A model generated the notes under the pieces. It was not told the origin of the DNA, ran no database searches, and worked only from the letters and a program-made list of their open reading frames with translations. Below, one piece after another: positions 26,137 to 35,732 of a DNA stretch of 64,000 nt. This DNA comes from Methylocella sp. (GTDB taxonomy: Bacteria > Pseudomonadota > Alphaproteobacteria > Rhizobiales > Beijerinckiaceae), in contig DASPVM010000011.1 of the NCBI GenBank assembly GCA_035622375.1, positions 48,759 to 112,758 of the forward strand, written 5' to 3'. Made by a program: the position numbers and the translations under genes. Position 1 is the first letter of the stretch. Each line of letters begins with the position of its first letter.

Positions 26137-27165
26137 TCAGGCCGCCGCGCCTGTGCCGGCGACCACCGCCAGGAGCAGGGTAAGTCCGAGTCCGAAGACC
26201 ACGAGAGCGGCGCCGAACTCGAAAACGCGGCCTGCCAAAACGGCCCCATGTGAGCTTGCTTTGGAGTATTTCACTACCGCGGTCTTGGCGTAAACAGCGG
26301 CGCCCGCCAACACTGATGTTGTAATTGCGGTGCCAAGGGAGATCGCCACGACGGCGAGAATACCCGCCTTAAAAATCCCCTGTGCTAATGCAAATACGAG
26401 AACCAAGATCGCGCCGGAGCAAGGGCGTGCCCCGGCGGCGACAATCGTTAGAAGAGCTGTTTTCCAAGAAAAATGAGCTATTAGCGCGTCTGGTTGAGGG
26501 ATGTGCGCGTGGCCGCAGCAAGTATCGTGGTCAAGTGCGCGTGTGCATCCCTCATGGCGATGGCCGTGCGTCGCGGTGCCAGCTACCTCCCTATGAGGGG
26601 CAAAGTAGGGCTTGGCGCCGGCTGCCATGAGGGCCCTTCCTTTGACGTAAACAAGATAGATACCAAGGACAGCGATGCCGGTATAGCTGACGAGTTCGAT
26701 TACCTGCGCCGCCTGCGTCATCCGCGCCGCTGCCGTCTGGAAGACAAAGGCGCCAAGGCCGACGATCAAAACAGCGCTTGCGCCTTGCAGGAAAGCTGCC
26801 CCCAAGGCGATGAGAAGACCCCGGCGCAGAGCTTGTTCATTAGCCAGCATATAGGATGCGATGACCGCCTTCCCATGCCCTGGACCCGCGGCGTGGAAAA
26901 TGCCATAGCCAAGGCTCAGAGCGATGAGCCCGAAGGCCGCCGCGCCGCTTTCCTTGGCAGCGCGCAAGGCACCGCTGAGCATGCGGAAAAAACCTGATTC
27001 CTGCGCCAGGATCCAACCGCCGATTCCCGTGACATTGGCAGCGCCAACCGCGCCCTCGGTCGCCCCCACCGCAAACGGGTGATGGGCACCCTGAGCAAAA
27101 CCAAGCGCAGGCAAAAACGCGAGGGTGATGACCGCGTAAAAAATCAAGATAAGCTGGCGATTCAA
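26137..27165 (-). CDS. Nickel/cobalt-type metal transporter permease (COG2215, RcnA/HoxN-like)
   Basis: 342 aa, multi-TM, GYGIFHAAGPGHGK motif, and a cytoplasmic His/Cys-rich loop (THGHRHEGCTRALDHDTCCGHAH). It is paired with the DUF1007 gene. Confidence 0.8.
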   Translation of the reverse strand: MNRQLILIFYAVITLAFLPALGFAQGAHHPFAVGATEGAVGAANVTGIGGWILAQESGFFRMLSGALRAAKESGAAAFGLIALSLGYGIFHAAGPGHGKAVIASYMLANEQALRRGLLIALGAAFLQGASAVLIVGLGAFVFQTAAARMTQAAQVIELVSYTGIAVLGIYLVYVKGRALMAAGAKPYFAPHREVAGTATHGHRHEGCTRALDHDTCCGHAHIPQPDALIAHFSWKTALLTIVAAGARPCSGAILVLVFALAQGIFKAGILAVVAISLGTAITTSVLAGAAVYAKTAVVKYSKASSHGAVLAGRVFEFGAALVVFGLGLTLLLAVVAGTGAAA

Positions 27166-27186
27166 AAAGGCCTCGCGTGGTTTTCA

Positions 27187-27837
27187 TTATGGGCAAGCGA
27201 TGATGATGCGGCTCGCTAATTTTACACCGAAATCGGTGCCGGGCGACAGGCCGCTGAAAAAAGCTTCCGAGAGTTTTTTGCTCTCCTCCGCTGCCAAGGG
27301 TTTCGACCCCAAGACATTGGCGGAGCAGCCCCTTGGGGCGCTCACCAGGGTTACTGGCGTGTCTTTTTCCATCTCAAACGCGACAAAATAAGTAGGGTCA
27401 TAGATCTGGAATGAAAATGCTTTGGCGGCGCTTGCTGATGTCTTCAGCGGCAGCGTGAAGCGGAGGACAACGTGCTTATCCTCGCGCTCTTCGAGCGAAT
27501 AATCTACCGGCGCTGAAAATTCGAGGTTTTGGCCTCCCGCTTTCGCATAGGTAAAATATCCAAATTCTTCCAGGGATTCGACGTTGGTCTTGGCAAGCGG
27601 CGCGAGCTCTTCCTTTGTCAGTAACTGCTCTGGGCTCCCCTGGCCCTCGGTCACGAAGGCGGAGTACATCTCGTCAAAAGTCCAGTCGTTACGGATCGCC
27701 GCGATCTCGCCCGCGCCATTAAAAACAACCTCGGCGCGCGCCGTGACCCACACGTGCGGATGCGCCGCGGCGCTTCCGTTTAAGGCAACCATGAACGCGG
27801 CTGCGGGTAGAAGGAGTGAGGAAATGCGTTTCAGCAT
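27187..27837 (-). CDS. DUF1007 periplasmic protein (partner of the COG2215 transporter)
   Basis: Signal peptide MLKRISSLLLPAAAFMVALNGSAAA followed by HPHVWV, the typical mature N-terminus of DUF1007. The Met at 27837 is preferred over the ORF start at 27906. Confidence 0.75.
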   Translation of the reverse strand: MLKRISSLLLPAAAFMVALNGSAAAHPHVWVTARAEVVFNGAGEIAAIRNDWTFDEMYSAFVTEGQGSPEQLLTKEELAPLAKTNVESLEEFGYFTYAKAGGQNLEFSAPVDYSLEEREDKHVVLRFTLPLKTSASAAKAFSFQIYDPTYFVAFEMEKDTPVTLVSAPRGCSANVLGSKPLAAEESKKLSEAFFSGLSPGTDFGVKLASRIIIACP

Positions 27838-27974
27838 GCACACAAGCGATGCCTGCGGGGCATCAACGCGGATACTATGCCCGCAAGTTCGGCCGAAGAA
27901 TGGCAAGCCGCCGAGTTTGGCACTGTTTTAAGTTGATCGCTTGGTTTGAATAGGGCATAGACCATTATTCAAGT

Positions 27975-28001
27975 ACCGGCCGCCAAGGCCGGTTGTTTTT
28001 T
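27975..28001 (+). terminator. Intrinsic-terminator-like hairpin immediately upstream of rpmJ (5' leader element)
   Basis: accggcc-gccaa-ggccggt (7-bp GC stem) followed by tgtttttt, ending 11 nt before the rpmJ ATG. Possible promoter TTGGTT-N17-ATTATT ends at 27969. There is no upstream plus-strand gene to terminate. Confidence 0.55.
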
Positions 28002-28012
28002 GGGATCTCTTC

Positions 28013-28138
28013 ATGAAGGTTCGCAACTCTTTAAAATCGCTGCGGACGCGCCACCGCGACAACCGGCTCGTCCGCCGCAAAGGGCGAGTCTATATTATCA
28101 ATAAGACCCAGAAGCGCTATAAAGCTAGGCAGGGTTGA
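28013..28138 (+). CDS. rpmJ: 50S ribosomal protein L36 (Cys-less form)
   Basis: Not in the ORF track because it is under 60 aa. The translation is [41 protein letters not shown], 41 aa. Confidence 0.95.
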   Translation: MKVRNSLKSLRTRHRDNRLVRRKGRVYIINKTQKRYKARQG

Positions 28139-28171
28139 GACCCGGCGCAGGCGGAGCTAGGAGGCGCTTCA

Positions 28172-28810
28172 ATGCCGGTTTTTTACTCTCGGGCTATCTT
28201 TTTCGGCTTCGGCTTATATCTTGTTGCCCAAGCGGCGGCAGCCAGAGATGGGGAGGCGGTTGCGCCAGCGGCACCCTCCTTGGGGGCTTCGCCAGCGCCT
28301 GCGGCAAAATTGGCGCCAGAACAGGCGCGAGCTCAGACCCTGGATGCCCTCTTCAAAGAGCTTCGGCTGGCGGACAGCCCGGACGACGCGCGGCGCGTTG
28401 CAGAATCAATCGAGCAGCTTTGGCTGCAAACCTATTCGCCAACGGCGGCCCTTCTGATGAAGCGGGTGGAGAGTGCCGAGCAAGCCGGTCAGCGCGCCTT
28501 GGCTTTGTCCCTGCTCGATAAGGTCACCGCCATCGAGCCCTATTGGGCCGAAGCGTGGAATCAACGGGCGAGAGTGCGCTATTCGACCGGCGATTTCGAT
28601 GGGGCGATGGCCGATATCAGCCGTGCCATCAAACTAGAGCCCCGTCATTTCGGCGCATTGGCGGGCATGGCGGCGATCCTAGAGGCGGCCGGGCTCGACG
28701 AGCGCGCGCTCGAGATTTGGAAAAAAATTTTAAGCATCTATCCGCTCGAGGCGGATGTGCAAAAACGGATCAACAGTCTTGAGGCGGAAATTGGCGGCCG
28801 GGAGCTTTGA
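28172..28810 (+). CDS. Exported tetratricopeptide-repeat protein
   Basis: Signal peptide and TPR-like repeats (YWAEAWNQRARVRYSTGDFDGAMADISRAIKLEP...). Confidence 0.7.
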   Translation: MPVFYSRAIFFGFGLYLVAQAAAARDGEAVAPAAPSLGASPAPAAKLAPEQARAQTLDALFKELRLADSPDDARRVAESIEQLWLQTYSPTAALLMKRVESAEQAGQRALALSLLDKVTAIEPYWAEAWNQRARVRYSTGDFDGAMADISRAIKLEPRHFGALAGMAAILEAAGLDERALEIWKKILSIYPLEADVQKRINSLEAEIGGREL

Positions 28811-28849
28811 CGTTTAGCGCGTGCAACCGGTTGCTTAGGTTGTCTCGCT

Positions 28850-30613
28850 TCAGCCTTCGCCGGCAAGTTCAAGGCGCGCCCGGTCGAGTTCATCCGTATA
28901 ACGCCGCAAGACATGGGCCTCGGTCAATAAACCGATAACGTGGCGGTCCTTGGCGTTATCGACCACGGCGAGCGCCTCGCTTTCGCTTTGCTCGAAACGC
29001 TCGACGGAGAGTTTCACATCCATGTCCGGCGTCAAGAAAATATCTGGAAGGCGCACCAGCTTGCCGAGACTTGCCGAGGCGGGATCCCCCTTGGCGCCAG
29101 CGAGGTGAATATCAGGCACGAACACCAGTCCCGCATAGCTGCCAGTTGGACCGATGACGGCGACCCATTGGTTGGTCGAGCGCGCTGGGAATTCCTCCAT
29201 GAATGTGGAAATCCTCATGTCGAGAGGCGCCTTCGGCACATCCGCGCGCATCAGTTTTCCCGTGGTGAGGTCGCGCATCCAGCCGATATCCTGCGCGCTG
29301 CGGATGGTTTCGCCGCGAAGGTGAAAGCGCCACGTTGCGAATGAATAGCCAAATGCGCGTCTGACAATGATCGAGACAATGCTGGTGACAGCAAGCATGA
29401 CAAGGCTGAGCGGGAAACTACCTGTTGTTTCGAGTGCCAGAAAACTCATTGCCATGGGCGTGCCAATGATGGCGACAGCGAGCGCCGCCATTCCAACCAG
29501 GGTGCAAACATCGATGTCTGGCGCGAGGGGTGCGTTGAAATAGCCAACGCCGAGGAAGAAAGCGCGCCCGATCATGGCGCCGATGAAGAGCGAGGCAAAG
29601 AAAAGACCGCCGCGAAAGCCGGTGCCGAGGGAGACGACAGACGCCGCAGTCTTCAATAGAAGGGTCAATAGAAGAATATTTAAGGGGATCCTATTATCTT
29701 CAAAAAGTTCAAGAAGACCGGCGTGACCGGATGATAGCACCTGCGGCGCCGCCAGCGCGAGAAGACCCACAATGAGGCCGCCGACTGCGGGCTGGATTGC
29801 GCGGGGGAGCCGCAGGCGCTCGCAGACTCTCTCGATCGATGCGACGGCGCGCATCACGAGAATGCCAAAAAGCGCGCAAATTAGTCCAAGCAACAGTAAG
29901 AGCGTCATATCGCTCTTCGATAGCGCCGCGCTGATGGGAATCTGGCTCATGAATTGGCCGGCCCCGCCAAATGCTTTCGAAACGAGAACGCCGCTGACTG
30001 CCGCCGCGCCAACGGGCGCAAGCACGAAGGGCGTATAATTTCCCAAAATCAGTTCAAAAGCATAGAACGCCCCGGTTAAGGGAGCGCCGAAAGCAGCCGC
30101 GATCGCTCCAGCCGACCCGCACGCAACCAAAGTTCGCAGATCCCCGCGCCTTAGACGGAAGGCGCGGCCGACTGAAGACGCCATGCCGGAACCGAGCTGG
30201 GTATAGGCGGCCTCTAGCCCGACCGATGCGCCAAAGCCGTTCGATACCACCGTCTGCGCGGCGACGAGAAGGCTATCCTTGAGCGACATCCTGCCGCCTT
30301 GAAGGGCATTCGCCTCGATGGGGTCGACAGGCCGCGGCGTCATCCATTTTTGGAGATAGATACCCGAGAGGCCGAGGATGAGACCACCAAGGCAAGGGAT
30401 CGAAACTTGCGCCTTCTCATCGAGCGCGATGAGGTCACTAAGTTGTGGGTGGCCGAATAATACGAAATGGAAGAGTGCGGCGCTGCTGGAAAGAAATACG
30501 GCGCCCGCTCCGCCAAGCGCGCCAGCTGTTGCGGCAAGGGCGATGAAAAGGGCTTCATTGCGCCGGACCAGCCTTCGCAAATGGGCAAAAGCGGCGGTTA
30601 CAAAAGCGGCCAT
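28850..30613 (-). CDS. ClC-family chloride channel/antiporter with C-terminal CBS pair
   Basis: 587 aa. GSGIP-like selectivity segments ([18 protein letters not shown], GxFxP-type [11 protein letters not shown]) and two CBS modules at the C-terminus. Confidence 0.85.
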   Translation of the reverse strand: MAAFVTAAFAHLRRLVRRNEALFIALAATAGALGGAGAVFLSSSAALFHFVLFGHPQLSDLIALDEKAQVSIPCLGGLILGLSGIYLQKWMTPRPVDPIEANALQGGRMSLKDSLLVAAQTVVSNGFGASVGLEAAYTQLGSGMASSVGRAFRLRRGDLRTLVACGSAGAIAAAFGAPLTGAFYAFELILGNYTPFVLAPVGAAAVSGVLVSKAFGGAGQFMSQIPISAALSKSDMTLLLLLGLICALFGILVMRAVASIERVCERLRLPRAIQPAVGGLIVGLLALAAPQVLSSGHAGLLELFEDNRIPLNILLLTLLLKTAASVVSLGTGFRGGLFFASLFIGAMIGRAFFLGVGYFNAPLAPDIDVCTLVGMAALAVAIIGTPMAMSFLALETTGSFPLSLVMLAVTSIVSIIVRRAFGYSFATWRFHLRGETIRSAQDIGWMRDLTTGKLMRADVPKAPLDMRISTFMEEFPARSTNQWVAVIGPTGSYAGLVFVPDIHLAGAKGDPASASLGKLVRLPDIFLTPDMDVKLSVERFEQSESEALAVVDNAKDRHVIGLLTEAHVLRRYTDELDRARLELAGEG

Positions 30614-30786
30614 TGGAACTTATGCTTCATTATCCTATTGCCTATGCCCATCCGGCGCGCCCCCAGGCAAGCGCCGCCTCAAAGTTGCGCGGGCGCGCGG
30701 CGGCGGCTATAAGCCGCGCGCGTCCCTTCCGGCACCCCTGGAGGCGTGGGCGCGCAGTAATCTTTCACTCATCAAAGGATCGCTCA

Positions 30787-31461
30787 ATGGCCGAGGTGAA
30801 AACGCTCGAGGCCACGGCACGCAAGGGGACAGGCAAGGGGGCCGCCCGCAGTGTTCGCCGTGAGGGCCGCATTCCAGGCGTCATTTATGGCGGCAGTGAT
30901 GCCGCCGAACCCGTCGCGCTCGATTATCGCGAACTCGACAAGCTCATTTACGCAGGACATTTTTTGACGACGATTTTCGAGATCGACGTCGATGGCGCCA
31001 AGCAGCGCGTCATTCCCCGCGATTACCAGCTGGACCCAATTAAGGATAAGCCGCTGCATGTCGATTTCCTGCGGCTCAAGGCAGGCGCGAGCTTGAAGGT
31101 GCAAGTGCCCGTCCATTTCATCAATCAAGAGGTCTGCCCGGGAATCAAGCGTGGCGGCACGTTGAACATTGTCAGGCACGCGATTGAGATGCGGGTTCCC
31201 GCCGACGCCATTCCGGAAGCCGTCGTTGCCGACATCGGCAATCTGCAAATCGCCGAGTCCGTGCATATCACCGATCTCTCCTTGCCGGAAGGCTGCAAGC
31301 CGACGCAGCGCGAACGCGATTTCACGATCGCGACGATCACGCCGCCAACGGTTGCCGCTGAAGAACCCGCGCCGGCGGCGGCTGCGCCGGCAGCCACGCC
31401 CACACCCGCCGCGCCCGCGGCGCCCGCGGCCAAGGCGGCAGCGCCAAAGGCGAAAAAGTAG
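30787..31461 (+). CDS. rplY: 50S ribosomal protein L25/general stress protein Ctc
   Basis: [37 protein letters not shown]-terminus and an Ala/Pro/Lys-rich tail. ATG 30787 is preferred over the long ORF start at 30613. Confidence 0.92.
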   Translation: MAEVKTLEATARKGTGKGAARSVRREGRIPGVIYGGSDAAEPVALDYRELDKLIYAGHFLTTIFEIDVDGAKQRVIPRDYQLDPIKDKPLHVDFLRLKAGASLKVQVPVHFINQEVCPGIKRGGTLNIVRHAIEMRVPADAIPEAVVADIGNLQIAESVHITDLSLPEGCKPTQRERDFTIATITPPTVAAEEPAPAAAAPAATPTPAAPAAPAAKAAAPKAKK

Positions 31462-31511
31462 CACTAGTGGCAAGCGCGTATTCGCGCCTCTTTTGAAGCT
31501 GGCGAGGCCTG

Positions 31512-32108
31512 ATGTTTCTCTTCACCGGCCTCGGCAACCCCGGGAAGGCTTTCGCCAGCAACCGTCACAATATCGGTTTCATGGCGATCGATGCCATCGC
31601 GCATGCCTATCATCCGTTCGCATTCAAAGCCCGCTTTCAAGCTTCAATCAGCGAAATCTTTCTCTCGAATGAGAGAGTCTTGCTGCTCAAGCCGCAGACC
31701 TACATGAACGAATCCGGACGCGCCGTTGGCGAGGCCGCGCGCTACCTCAAAATTCTGCCTTCTCAGATCATTGTTTTTCACGATGAGCTCGACTTGCCTC
31801 CGGGCAGGATAAGGGTGAAGAGGGGCGGCGGCAACGCGGGCCATAATGGCCTCAAGTCCATCACGGCCCATATTGGCAATGATTACCGCCGGGTGCGGAT
31901 CGGTATCGGCCATCCCGGCGACAAAGCTCTCGTGCATGATTATGTTTTGAATGACTTCAGCAAAGCGGACGTTTGCTGGATCGCTCCGCTTATGGATGCG
32001 ATCGCGCAAAACGCCGGGCTTTTGGTCGCGGGCAGCGAGGGCGCTTTTCAGCGCGAAATGGCCAAACTCTTTTCAGTCGCACCTGACGGCCCGGAGGCGG
32101 GCGGCTAA
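31512..32108 (+). CDS. pth: Peptidyl-tRNA hydrolase
   Basis: GLGNPG, RHNIGF, KPQTYMNESG and GHNGLKS motifs. Confidence 0.95.
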   Translation: MFLFTGLGNPGKAFASNRHNIGFMAIDAIAHAYHPFAFKARFQASISEIFLSNERVLLLKPQTYMNESGRAVGEAARYLKILPSQIIVFHDELDLPPGRIRVKRGGGNAGHNGLKSITAHIGNDYRRVRIGIGHPGDKALVHDYVLNDFSKADVCWIAPLMDAIAQNAGLLVAGSEGAFQREMAKLFSVAPDGPEAGG

Positions 32109-33415
32109 ACCCCCGACGCGCTAACACCCGCAGGTCCTGCCGGCATGACCTTAAGGGAGGTGATGCGGTTGCGCGTCTTGCGCAGGACTTCGAAGCGGAA
32201 ATTATGAAAGGTGAAGGTTTGGCCAGATTCCGGTATGGTGCGCGCCTCGTTGATGACGAGACCGGCTATGGTGGTTGCTTCCTCGTCCGGGAGATCCCAG
32301 GCCATGACTCGGTTGAGATCGCGAATGGGGACCGAGCCGTCGACAATGGCGGACCCGTCCGGAAGCATCCGGACACCCTGCACAACAATGTCATGCTCGT
32401 CGCTGATATCGCCGACAATCTCCTCGATGATATCCTCGAGCGTGACAAGGCCCATGACGACGCCATATTCATCGACGACAAGCGCAACATGGGTTTTGCG
32501 TTTGAGGAAGGCTTGAAGCTGCTCCTGGAGGGGGGTGGTTTCCGGCACGAACCAAGGGGCGAGCGAAATATCATCAACCTTGAATGTGCCATCGTCGCCG
32601 CCGCCGAGGACGCGCAACAGATCGCGGGTATGGAGAACGCCGATGATATTTTCGGGTTCGCCACGCCACAGCGGCAACCGTGAGTAGGGGGCGGCGACCG
32701 CTTCGCGGATGAGCTCTTCCGGGGGCAAATCCGCGTTGAGGACGAGCATTTTCGTCCGGTGAACCATGACATCAGAAACTGCGAGCTCACGCAGATCCAA
32801 GAGCCCTCCGAACATCTCCTTATCGGAGCGCGCAACGCTGCCTTCGCGATGGTAAAGGTCCACGGTGCTTTTGAGTTCTTCATGGACCGGCAAAAGGGAA
32901 TGCCGGCGGCTTGTGTCGACGCCGAAGAGCTTGAGCATGCAGCGTACGAAGACCTCAACCCCTAAGACGGCGGGGGCGAATATATTAACAAAAAAGGCCA
33001 TCGCTCGGGCCGCCAGCAGCGATGTCCGGTCCGGATAACTGAGCGCTATCGTTTTCGGCATCACTTCGGCGAAAACGAGCAGGATGACGGTCATGAGCCC
33101 AGTGGCATAGAGCGCGCCGCGCTCGCCGACGAGAGTGATAAGAAGGCCCGTGGTGAAGGCGGAAGCGGCGATATTGACGAGTGTATTGCCCAGGAGTGTG
33201 GTGCCGATGAGCCGCTCCCGGCTGGCGAGCAGCTTATTGACGAGCGCCGCGCGATGGTCGCCACTTTTTTCCAAACCATGCATGCGGGCGCGGGAGGCTG
33301 CCGTCAGCGCGGTCTCGGATGCCGCGAAAAAGGCGGATAAGGCGACGCAGAAGAGAATCATTGCCGCCGTGAGCCAAATATCGGTCAGCGAGACCTCGGC
33401 AACCCCGCCGTGCAT
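32105..33415 (-). CDS. HlyC/CorC-family transporter (DUF21-CBS-CorC_HlyC; TlyC-like)
   Basis: 436 aa. N-terminal four-TM DUF21, a CBS pair, and a C-terminal transporter-associated domain. It lies immediately downstream of aroKB on the same strand. Confidence 0.85.
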   Translation of the reverse strand: MHGGVAEVSLTDIWLTAAMILFCVALSAFFAASETALTAASRARMHGLEKSGDHRAALVNKLLASRERLIGTTLLGNTLVNIAASAFTTGLLITLVGERGALYATGLMTVILLVFAEVMPKTIALSYPDRTSLLAARAMAFFVNIFAPAVLGVEVFVRCMLKLFGVDTSRRHSLLPVHEELKSTVDLYHREGSVARSDKEMFGGLLDLRELAVSDVMVHRTKMLVLNADLPPEELIREAVAAPYSRLPLWRGEPENIIGVLHTRDLLRVLGGGDDGTFKVDDISLAPWFVPETTPLQEQLQAFLKRKTHVALVVDEYGVVMGLVTLEDIIEEIVGDISDEHDIVVQGVRMLPDGSAIVDGSVPIRDLNRVMAWDLPDEEATTIAGLVINEARTIPESGQTFTFHNFRFEVLRKTRNRITSLKVMPAGPAGVSASGV

Positions 33416-33438
33416 TTTTATGATCCCGTACTCACTTC

Positions 33439-35244
33439 TTACCCAGAACTCACTTCGCTCCGCAGAAAGCTGAGAATCTCCTGAGGTTCAACAGCTTTTC
33501 CAATAAAACAATCGCCAATCGCCCGGGCGAGAATGAAAGTGAGATAGCCATGCTTGACCTTTTTATCTTGATACATGGCTTCTAGGATTTCTGCCGGCGG
33601 CGCCTGGAAAGAGGGAATATCGGAGAATCTTGCCGGCAGCCCGACTTCCCTCAAATGCGCTTCTACCTTGGCAGGGTTCTCGCCGCTGCAGTATCCTTGC
33701 CGGGCCGAGAAGCGGAAAGCGCAAGCCATGCCAATCGCCACCGCCTCTCCATGCACGAGTCGGGATCCATCATAGCCGGTGAGGCGCTCCAAGGCATGGC
33801 CAAAAGTATGGCCGAGGTTTAAAAGCGCGCGGTCGCCGAATTCATGCTCGTCGTGCGCGACAATAGCCGCTTTCGCTTGGCAACTCTTGGCGATGGCGTA
33901 GGCGCGCTCGGCGCCGTCCTCGAATACCGCGCGCCAGTGGCGTTGAAGCCAATCGAAAAATGCGGCATCGCCAATAAGGCCATATTTGACGACTTCGGCG
34001 TAGCCGGCGCGAAACTCGCGTGAGGGCAACGTGCTTAAGGTGTCGATATCGGCCAGAACCAGGCAGGGCTGGTGGAACGCGCCCACCAAATTTTTCCCGT
34101 GTGGTGAGTTGATCCCGGTTTTACCCCCCACGGAGGAATCGACTTGGGCGAGAAGCGTCGTCGGAACTTGTATCAACGGCGTTCCACGTCGCAACGTAGC
34201 CGCGACGAAGCCGGCGAGATCGCCAATGACCCCTCCGCCAAGAGCGATAACCACGTCGCCTCGCTCCAGCTTGGCGCCGATTAAGGCATTAGAGACCCTT
34301 GCATATTCTTCGAAAGACTTCGAGCTTTCTCCTGGCGGCACAATGACCGAAAAATAACGGATAAAATGCTGGCTCAATGCGCGCTCGACGGCGGCAAGGT
34401 GAAGACGGGCGACGTTTTCGTCCGTGACAATGGCGCAGGCGGCGCGCGGCGCCAGATCGACGAGGTGGTTGCCAAGGCCGGCGAGGAGGCCCTTCCCGAT
34501 ACGTATGGCGTAACTGCGCGGCCCGAGTTCGACGCGGACGCAGGCATGTTCCCGGGGGGGCGCGCCGCTCTCGCCGCTCGATCCGGACGCCTCGCGAAGG
34601 CGTTGGAGGATCGGGGGGTCGGGCGAGAAGCGCAGGAAAAATATGAGACGTTCGATCGCCTCTTCAACGGCGGCCTCATGCGGACCGTCCCGGGATACAA
34701 CGGTAATGTCGGCTTGAGCGTAAATGGGGTAGCGCCGCTCTATGAGCACTTTGAGGGTCGCCTCGGGATTGCCGGTTTGCAGCAGTGGGCGGTTTGAGCG
34801 CTTGCGGACCCGGCGCCACAATACGTCCAAATCGGCTTTCAGCCAGATCGAGATCGCGGATCTTGCGATATTCGCCCTGGTTTCTTCATTCATGAAGGCG
34901 CCGCCGCCCGTTGCGATAACCCGCGGTCCCTCGCTGAGAAGACGCGCCATGACGCGGCGTTCGCCCTCACGGAAATAGGCCTCCCCATGCTCGGCAAACA
35001 TGTCGGTGATTGACATGCCCGCCGCAGCCTCGATTTCGGCATCGGCGTCTACGAAATCGAGGCCGATCTGCTTGGCGAGACGGCGGCCCGTCGATGTCTT
35101 GCCAGATCCCATGAGACCAACGAGAACAATCGAGCGCCCGCCAAGCGCGGGCACGATTTGACTGGCGCGCCGATCAGGCGCCGCTTCCGCCTCCGCTCCT
35201 CCGGATAGGATACTGCTCATTTGGCGCATTGTAGCATGCGGCAA
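33439..35244 (-). CDS. aroKB: Bifunctional shikimate kinase / 3-dehydroquinate synthase (in-frame AroK-AroB fusion)
   Basis: 601 aa. The N-terminal part is AroK (GLMGSGKTSTGRRLA Walker A). A Ser/Gly/Pro linker (SPDPPILQRLREASGSSGESGAPPREHA) follows. The rest is AroB (LGPRSYAIRIG, GGGVIGDLAGF, VDSSVGGKTGIN, GHTFGHALE). No stop and no ATG/GTG/TTG start codon lies between the two halves. Confidence 0.85.
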   Translation of the reverse strand: MPHATMRQMSSILSGGAEAEAAPDRRASQIVPALGGRSIVLVGLMGSGKTSTGRRLAKQIGLDFVDADAEIEAAAGMSITDMFAEHGEAYFREGERRVMARLLSEGPRVIATGGGAFMNEETRANIARSAISIWLKADLDVLWRRVRKRSNRPLLQTGNPEATLKVLIERRYPIYAQADITVVSRDGPHEAAVEEAIERLIFFLRFSPDPPILQRLREASGSSGESGAPPREHACVRVELGPRSYAIRIGKGLLAGLGNHLVDLAPRAACAIVTDENVARLHLAAVERALSQHFIRYFSVIVPPGESSKSFEEYARVSNALIGAKLERGDVVIALGGGVIGDLAGFVAATLRRGTPLIQVPTTLLAQVDSSVGGKTGINSPHGKNLVGAFHQPCLVLADIDTLSTLPSREFRAGYAEVVKYGLIGDAAFFDWLQRHWRAVFEDGAERAYAIAKSCQAKAAIVAHDEHEFGDRALLNLGHTFGHALERLTGYDGSRLVHGEAVAIGMACAFRFSARQGYCSGENPAKVEAHLREVGLPARFSDIPSFQAPPAEILEAMYQDKKVKHGYLTFILARAIGDCFIGKAVEPQEILSFLRSEVSSG

Positions 35245-35317
35245 AGAAGGATTGAAACCGCGTCACGATCAGTATCCAGCTGCTGGCGACCCTGTCGCAC
35301 GATGCGGCTCTTGCTCA

Positions 35318-35374
35318 TTTAACCGATCGGTTGACTTTCCAGATGCAGGGATTACATTTAACCATATGGTTGAA
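35318..35374. promoter_or_regulatory. Two copies of the palindromic operator TTTAACC-N4-GGTTGA bracketing a sigma-70-like promoter of the ArsR gene
   Basis: The perfect 12-bp palindromes are AACCGATCGGTT (35321-35332) and AACCATATGGTT (35360-35371). TTGACT (35331-35336)-N16-TACATT (35353-35358) lies between them. The predicted TSS falls at or next to the ATG (35366), which suggests a leaderless mRNA. Confidence 0.5.
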
Positions 35375-35732
35375 TTAGCAGCGCCCGACCTGGATTCGGT
35401 TTTTCACGCACTCGGCGATGCCACGCGCCGAAGGATGCTTTGTGACCTCGCCGGCGGCGAACGAACGGTGAGCCAGCTCGCGGAACCCCATGCGATGTCA
35501 CTCGCGGCCGCTTCGAAGCATATCAAGGCGCTGGAGAGGGCCGGGCTGATCCATCGCGAGGTACGTGGCCGCACGCACCTCTGCCGCTTGGAACCCCGCG
35601 CCGCTCGCTACTGCCCACCAGTGGTTGAGCTTCTACAATCGCTTCTGGACTGATCGTCTGGATATGCTCGAACAACTCCTCCATGAGGAGGACGCACGCG
35701 AACCCTGGCCCCCGAAAGGAGACGACCAATGA
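35366..35732 (+). pseudogene. ArsR/SmtB-family transcriptional regulator with a +1 frameshift (or sequencing error) in a C4 run
   Basis: The first frame reads MVELAAPDLDSVFHALGDATRRRMLCDLAGGERTVSQLAEPHAMSLAAASKHIKALERAGLIHREVRGRTHLCRLEP. Homology then continues in the +1 frame (APLATAHQWLSFYNRFWTDRLDMLEQLL...) to the stop at 35730-35732. The shift is at cccc, 35594-35597. Confidence 0.7.

Noticed and set aside
27838-27960. Search for a riboswitch (cobalamin, NiCo/czcD) or a Zur/NikR/Fur operator in the DUF1007 leader.
   Set aside because: No B12 box, no AT-rich palindromic metalloregulator box and no multi-stem conserved core was recognisable by eye. Only short inverted repeats are present, and they are reported under the transporter finding.
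28823-28834. Perfect 12-bp palindrome GCAACCGGTTGC between the convergent TPR and ClC genes, considered as a bidirectional terminator.
   Set aside because: It leaves essentially no loop and has no flanking T-tracts. It is too weak to call.
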